Assembly: GCA_963674755.2 (NCBI GenBank)
Contig: CAXXVS010000001.1
Span: forward strand, 160,001 to 224,000
DNA: 64,000 nt
Origin: Desulfobacterales bacterium
Lineage (GTDB): Bacteria; Desulfobacterota; Desulfobacteria; Desulfobacterales; UBA5852
Direction of reading: 5' to 3'
Shown here in pieces: positions 60,053 to 64,000 of the stretch (within the stretch, counting starts at the first letter, position 1; each line of letters starts with the position of its first letter). Both the position numbers and the translations under genes were made by a program. The notes under the pieces were generated by a model that saw nothing but the letters and a program-made list of their open reading frames with translations, ran no database searches and was not told where the DNA came from.

Positions 60053-60694
60053 ATGCCTTGCCCCGTTGATCCTGCAAATAACGATATTCTGCGCACGGTT
60101 CTGGATGCGATGCCATCGGCGGTTTTCGTGGTTGACGGCGACGTGCGCATCATTGACGTCAACCGGGCGGCGCGTGATTTGATCCGCTTGACCCGCCATA
60201 CGGCCCGGACCCCCGTGCGGGCCGGTGACGCCCTGCACTGCCTGAATGCCATCGATCATCCCGAGGGCTGCGGCCGGTCGGCCGACTGCGGCGACTGCGT
60301 CATCCGGGGGGCCGTGCAGGATGCCCTGACGGGCCAGCAAAGCTTCCGGCGGCGCACCCGCCTGCAGCTGCACCTGGAAGACCGGATCCAGGATGCTTAT
60401 TATCAGGTGACGGTTTCCGGCTTCCATTATCAGGGGCGCGATCTGGTGCTGCTGGTTCTGGAAGATATCAGTGAGTTTGCGGAATTGCGCAAGATCGTTC
60501 CCATTTGCGCCCAGTGTAAACGGATTCGTCAGGACGAGGACTATTGGCAATCAGTGGAAAGCTATGTCGGCCGCTTCATGGATCTGTCCTTCTCCCATTC
60601 CTACTGCCCGAGCTGTAAACAGGAGCTTCTGCGTTCCATCGATGCCGCCCATGGTGTTGCGCGACCCGATCCGATGGCGAGCCACGGCCGGTGA
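60053..60694 (+). CDS. PAS-domain protein with C-terminal CxxC...CPxC module
   Basis: VLDAMPSAVFVVD..VNRAA, GDALHC...GCG...CGDC; PICAQCKRIR...FSHSYCPSC; AGGAG RBS. Confidence 0.8.
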   Translation: MPCPVDPANNDILRTVLDAMPSAVFVVDGDVRIIDVNRAARDLIRLTRHTARTPVRAGDALHCLNAIDHPEGCGRSADCGDCVIRGAVQDALTGQQSFRRRTRLQLHLEDRIQDAYYQVTVSGFHYQGRDLVLLVLEDISEFAELRKIVPICAQCKRIRQDEDYWQSVESYVGRFMDLSFSHSYCPSCKQELLRSIDAAHGVARPDPMASHGR

Positions 60695-60766
60695 TGCACC
60701 CCGACGGGATGATCCGCGGCATCCAGGGGTGATCCCATTTGCGCCGCGGGAATAGCAGGGGAGCCC

Positions 60767-61681
60767 ATGATTACACTTCTAGCGTGCCCACAAATGGCGG
60801 CCATGGCGGAGCGCATCACGGCCGCCCATCCGGAGATCCATCAGGGACGGATCCGGTGGGATCGGTTCGACGACGGTTATCCGGACATGCTGATTGAAGA
60901 TATCGAGGTGATTCGCCATCACGATCTGGCCTTTTTGGCGTCCCTCGAATCCCCCGCCGACATTTTTCCGCAATTGTCCGCCTTCTACGAGATCCCCCGC
61001 TATGCCGTAAAATCCTTCAAGATCGTGCTGCCCTATTATCCCACCGGCACCATGGAACGGGTGGATCGCGACGGCCAGATCGCCACGGCGGCCACCTTGG
61101 CCAAGATGCTCTCGAACATCCCCATGACGCTTTCCGGGCCGGCCCAGATCATCATTTTCGATATCCACGCCTTGCAGGAGCGGTTTTATTTTTCCGATCA
61201 GGTGATCCCCCGGCTGGAATCCGCCGTTCACCTGGTGCGGGACCAGCTGCGCCGTCTGGACCGACCGGCCGTGGCGTTTCCGGATGAGGGCGCCCTGAAA
61301 CGCTTCCGCCGGTGGTTTGAAGAATTCCCGCTGATCGTGTGCCATAAAACCCGCGACGGGCGTCAGCGCAACGTCCGCATCCAGGAGGGGCATCCCCGGG
61401 ACCGGCATGTGGTCATCGTCGACGATCTTGCCATGAGCGGCGGCACCTTGCTGGAGTGTCGCCGGTGCCTGTCGGCGGCCGGTGCCCGGGAGGTCAGCGC
61501 CTATGTGACCCATGCCGTGTTTCCCCGGGAGGCCTGGCGCAAATTCACCGCGGCCGGATTCCAACGCTTCTGGGTGACGGATTCGGTTCCCGGACAGGCA
61601 AAGGCCCTGGCGGAGCAGCCCCCGTTTGAAGTCCTGTCCCTGGATGAAACCATTTCCGGCCTGCTGATGCGGTCGGTATAA
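60767..61681 (+). CDS. prs: Ribose-phosphate diphosphokinase, plant class II-like
   Basis: FDDGYP, LPYYPTGTMER, DIHALQERFYF, AFPDEGA, PRPP-binding loop VVIVDDLAMSGGTL, AYVTHAVFP. Confidence 0.85.
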   Translation: MITLLACPQMAAMAERITAAHPEIHQGRIRWDRFDDGYPDMLIEDIEVIRHHDLAFLASLESPADIFPQLSAFYEIPRYAVKSFKIVLPYYPTGTMERVDRDGQIATAATLAKMLSNIPMTLSGPAQIIIFDIHALQERFYFSDQVIPRLESAVHLVRDQLRRLDRPAVAFPDEGALKRFRRWFEEFPLIVCHKTRDGRQRNVRIQEGHPRDRHVVIVDDLAMSGGTLLECRRCLSAAGAREVSAYVTHAVFPREAWRKFTAAGFQRFWVTDSVPGQAKALAEQPPFEVLSLDETISGLLMRSV

Positions 61682-61748
61682 TGCCAGATGTGCCCGGCCT
61701 AATTTTTTAGAGCGTGAGGACTTCAGCGCCAACGAAAAGAGCAGCCTG

Positions 61749-64000
61749 ATGCCAGTTTTGACATGGATGCGAAACGCCCGCGAGCGGTTCCTTCAGGGAA
61801 CCTACGATCATTACAGCTGGCAGCTTCCGGCGCAGCTGGGGCCCATCCGGCGCTTCCTGCTGAAATTGCTCTTCGCCCACGTTTCCATCGAAGAAGACCA
61901 GCTGGAGCTCATCCGCAACCTGCCGGAAAATGCCGCCATCGTCTATGTCACCAAACACAAAAGCCGGCTGGAGCGGCTTTTCTTCCACTATTACATGCAG
62001 CGGCACGGGCTGTCCTGTCCGGAAATCGGTTTGTACTACCGCAGTTATATGTGGCAGCCCTTCCGGCGCCTGATGCGCATCGCGGTGGCCCGTCTGTCCT
62101 ATTTCCGGCGCCACTTCAAGCGTCCGAATCCGTTTGCGAGCGGCTACATCGCCCGTCAGATGGCCGCCGGCCAGCCGATCATGCTCTCCCTGGTGGAGAG
62201 CAACGAGTTTTACCGGCGCTACGTCCGGTCCCAGACCGATCCCCTGCGTTTTCTCGTGGAGCTGGAGAAGACCTTGGAGCGGCCCGTCTGGCTGGTTCCG
62301 CTGCTGATGTTCTTCCGCACCCGGCCGGTCTCGGCCCTTTCGGCACCCCTGGTGGGATCGGACCCCCGGGCGAGCCTGGCCCGCAAGTTGTGGAAACTGA
62401 TCCTCAATCCCGAAAAAGTGCTGGTGGAAGTCTCCGAACCCATCAATTTGCAGCGTTTTCTGATCAAGACCGGCCGCGAGGATAAATCCGCCGGGGCCCA
62501 GGCCATGGTTCTGCGGCACCGGCTCCTTGGCCAGATCACCCGGCACCGCCAGAGCATTACCGGACCCATCCTCAAGCCGGCCGAGGAAATCAAACAGCAC
62601 CTCCTGACCAACGAACGGCTGCGGGCCTTCATGGTGTCCTGGGCACGGCGTCGCAGCATGTCCATTCCCAAGGTTCAGCACGAGGCGCTCCAGTATGTGG
62701 AGGAGATTGCGGCGCGCCCCAATCCGTTGATGGTGAAGCTCGGCATGGGGGCGGTGCGCTGGATGCTGGACAACATGTTCGAAGGCCTGGATTTCAATCA
62801 GGACGGTTTCAACGCCGTGCGCCGGGCCTCCCGCAACGGCCCGCTGATCCTGATCCCCTGCCACAAAAGCCATGTGGACTACCTGGTGATTTCCTATCTG
62901 ATGCAGCGCAACAATCTGCCCTGCCCCCATACCTTCGCGGGCGCCAATCTCGCCTTCTGGCCCATGGGCCCCATCTTCCGGCGGGTGGGGGCCTTCTTCG
63001 TGCGCCGCTCGTTCAGCGGGGCTGTTTTCTACGCCAAAGTGTTTTCGGAATACATCCACATGCTTCTGGAACAGGGCTTCAACATCGAGGTCTTTATCGA
63101 GGGCACCCGCAGCCGCAACGGAAAGCTGCTGCTCCCCAAACTGGGGATGCTGTCGATTCTGCTCAACGCCATCCAGAACGGGGCCTGCCGCCATGTGACC
63201 TTCGTGCCGATCTATATCGGCTACGACCGGGTGCCCGAGATTGGCGCTTATGTCCAGGAGGTGGAAGGGGGCAGCAAGGAGCCGGAGAGTTTCTGGCAGA
63301 TGATCCGGGCCCGCAATATGCTTAAAAAGCGTTTTGGCAAGATTTACATCAAATTTTGCGACCCCATCGCCCTGCGGGACCTGGAAAACGAATACGGCTC
63401 CCCGGTGGTCGACATGCGGGCCAAGGATATCCGCACCCTGACCCGCGATTTGGGCGACCGGGTGCTGCGGGCCATCGACCGCCATACCGTCGTGACCCCC
63501 CAGGCCCTCGTGTCGGCAGCCCTGCTGAACAGTGCCCACAAGGTGGTCACGCGCGAGCAGATCGATTTCTGCGTGGACACCTACATGCGCTACCTGGAGA
63601 CCATGCAGATCGCCTGCGCAGAGACCCTGCTGTGGGATACCGGGCGGGCCGTTAGCCACATCTTAAACGGGTACATCCAGCAGAAGCTGCTGCGCCCGGT
63701 TTCCAAAAAGGACGACCCGGAAGGCCGCGAGACCCATTTCCATCTGGCTGTCGGCAAACGGCCGGACCTGGATTATTATAAAAACAGCGGCATCGGGCCT
63801 TTCGTGCCGGCCGCCATGACCGCCCTGGCAATTCTCTCACTGGATGCGTTTCAGTTCGCCTCCGACAATCTCCATGACCACTATCGGTTTCTGCGGCATC
63901 TTTTCCAAAACGAATTCTCTTCCGGTGGCGAAGCCGTCGATACCCGCGTCCGCAAGACGCTCAAGGGCTTTATGGCCGATGCCATCCTGGTGCCCCATCC
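61749..64000 (+). CDS. plsB: Glycerol-3-phosphate O-acyltransferase (runs off window end; absent from the ORF track)
   Basis: In frame from ATG 61749: PCHKSHVDYL (HxxxxD), AGANL, GAFFVRRSF, FIEGTRSRNGKLL. Confidence 0.88.
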   Translation, partial: MPVLTWMRNARERFLQGTYDHYSWQLPAQLGPIRRFLLKLLFAHVSIEEDQLELIRNLPENAAIVYVTKHKSRLERLFFHYYMQRHGLSCPEIGLYYRSYMWQPFRRLMRIAVARLSYFRRHFKRPNPFASGYIARQMAAGQPIMLSLVESNEFYRRYVRSQTDPLRFLVELEKTLERPVWLVPLLMFFRTRPVSALSAPLVGSDPRASLARKLWKLILNPEKVLVEVSEPINLQRFLIKTGREDKSAGAQAMVLRHRLLGQITRHRQSITGPILKPAEEIKQHLLTNERLRAFMVSWARRRSMSIPKVQHEALQYVEEIAARPNPLMVKLGMGAVRWMLDNMFEGLDFNQDGFNAVRRASRNGPLILIPCHKSHVDYLVISYLMQRNNLPCPHTFAGANLAFWPMGPIFRRVGAFFVRRSFSGAVFYAKVFSEYIHMLLEQGFNIEVFIEGTRSRNGKLLLPKLGMLSILLNAIQNGACRHVTFVPIYIGYDRVPEIGAYVQEVEGGSKEPESFWQMIRARNMLKKRFGKIYIKFCDPIALRDLENEYGSPVVDMRAKDIRTLTRDLGDRVLRAIDRHTVVTPQALVSAALLNSAHKVVTREQIDFCVDTYMRYLETMQIACAETLLWDTGRAVSHILNGYIQQKLLRPVSKKDDPEGRETHFHLAVGKRPDLDYYKNSGIGPFVPAAMTALAILSLDAFQFASDNLHDHYRFLRHLFQNEFSSGGEAVDTRVRKTLKGFMADAILVPH

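Overview
GC-rich bacterial chromosomal window; the gene content suggests a sulfate-reducer-like deltaproteobacterium (Desulfobacterales-type), which is an inference. Housekeeping genes are rpsA (partial), trmL, clpB, a fabH-like gene, tesB, a PRPP synthase and plsB (partial). They surround a TetR-headed LolA/LolE/LolD-like transport cluster and two accessory blocks. Block 1 (about 21.0-33.6 kb) is an AT-rich integron in the 'inverted integrase' layout. Its intI is 5'-truncated, attI lies downstream of intI, and there are about 17 cassettes whose attC sites decay with distance from attI. Defence-type genes (DUF4365-like, Shedu-like) occupy the first positions. Block 2 (about 42.9-59.5 kb) is a long minus-strand operon of secreted proteins divergent from a MalT/BTAD-type regulator. 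It ends in a radical SAM/SPASM maturase and a 253-aa protein with a twin-arginine-like leader and a 13-Cys repeat core rich in Cys-X3-Asp/Glu motifs. This candidate exported, thioether-crosslinked protein system is my best candidate for something undescribed. Also seen: a two-component system with a VWA-PspA module, a decayed spy/cpxP-ECF sigma locus, a plant-type (class II-like) PRPP synthase, and at least two families of structured intergenic repeats with compensatory base changes. I found no rRNA, tRNA or CRISPR array. All family calls come from motif recognition by eye; no database search was run.
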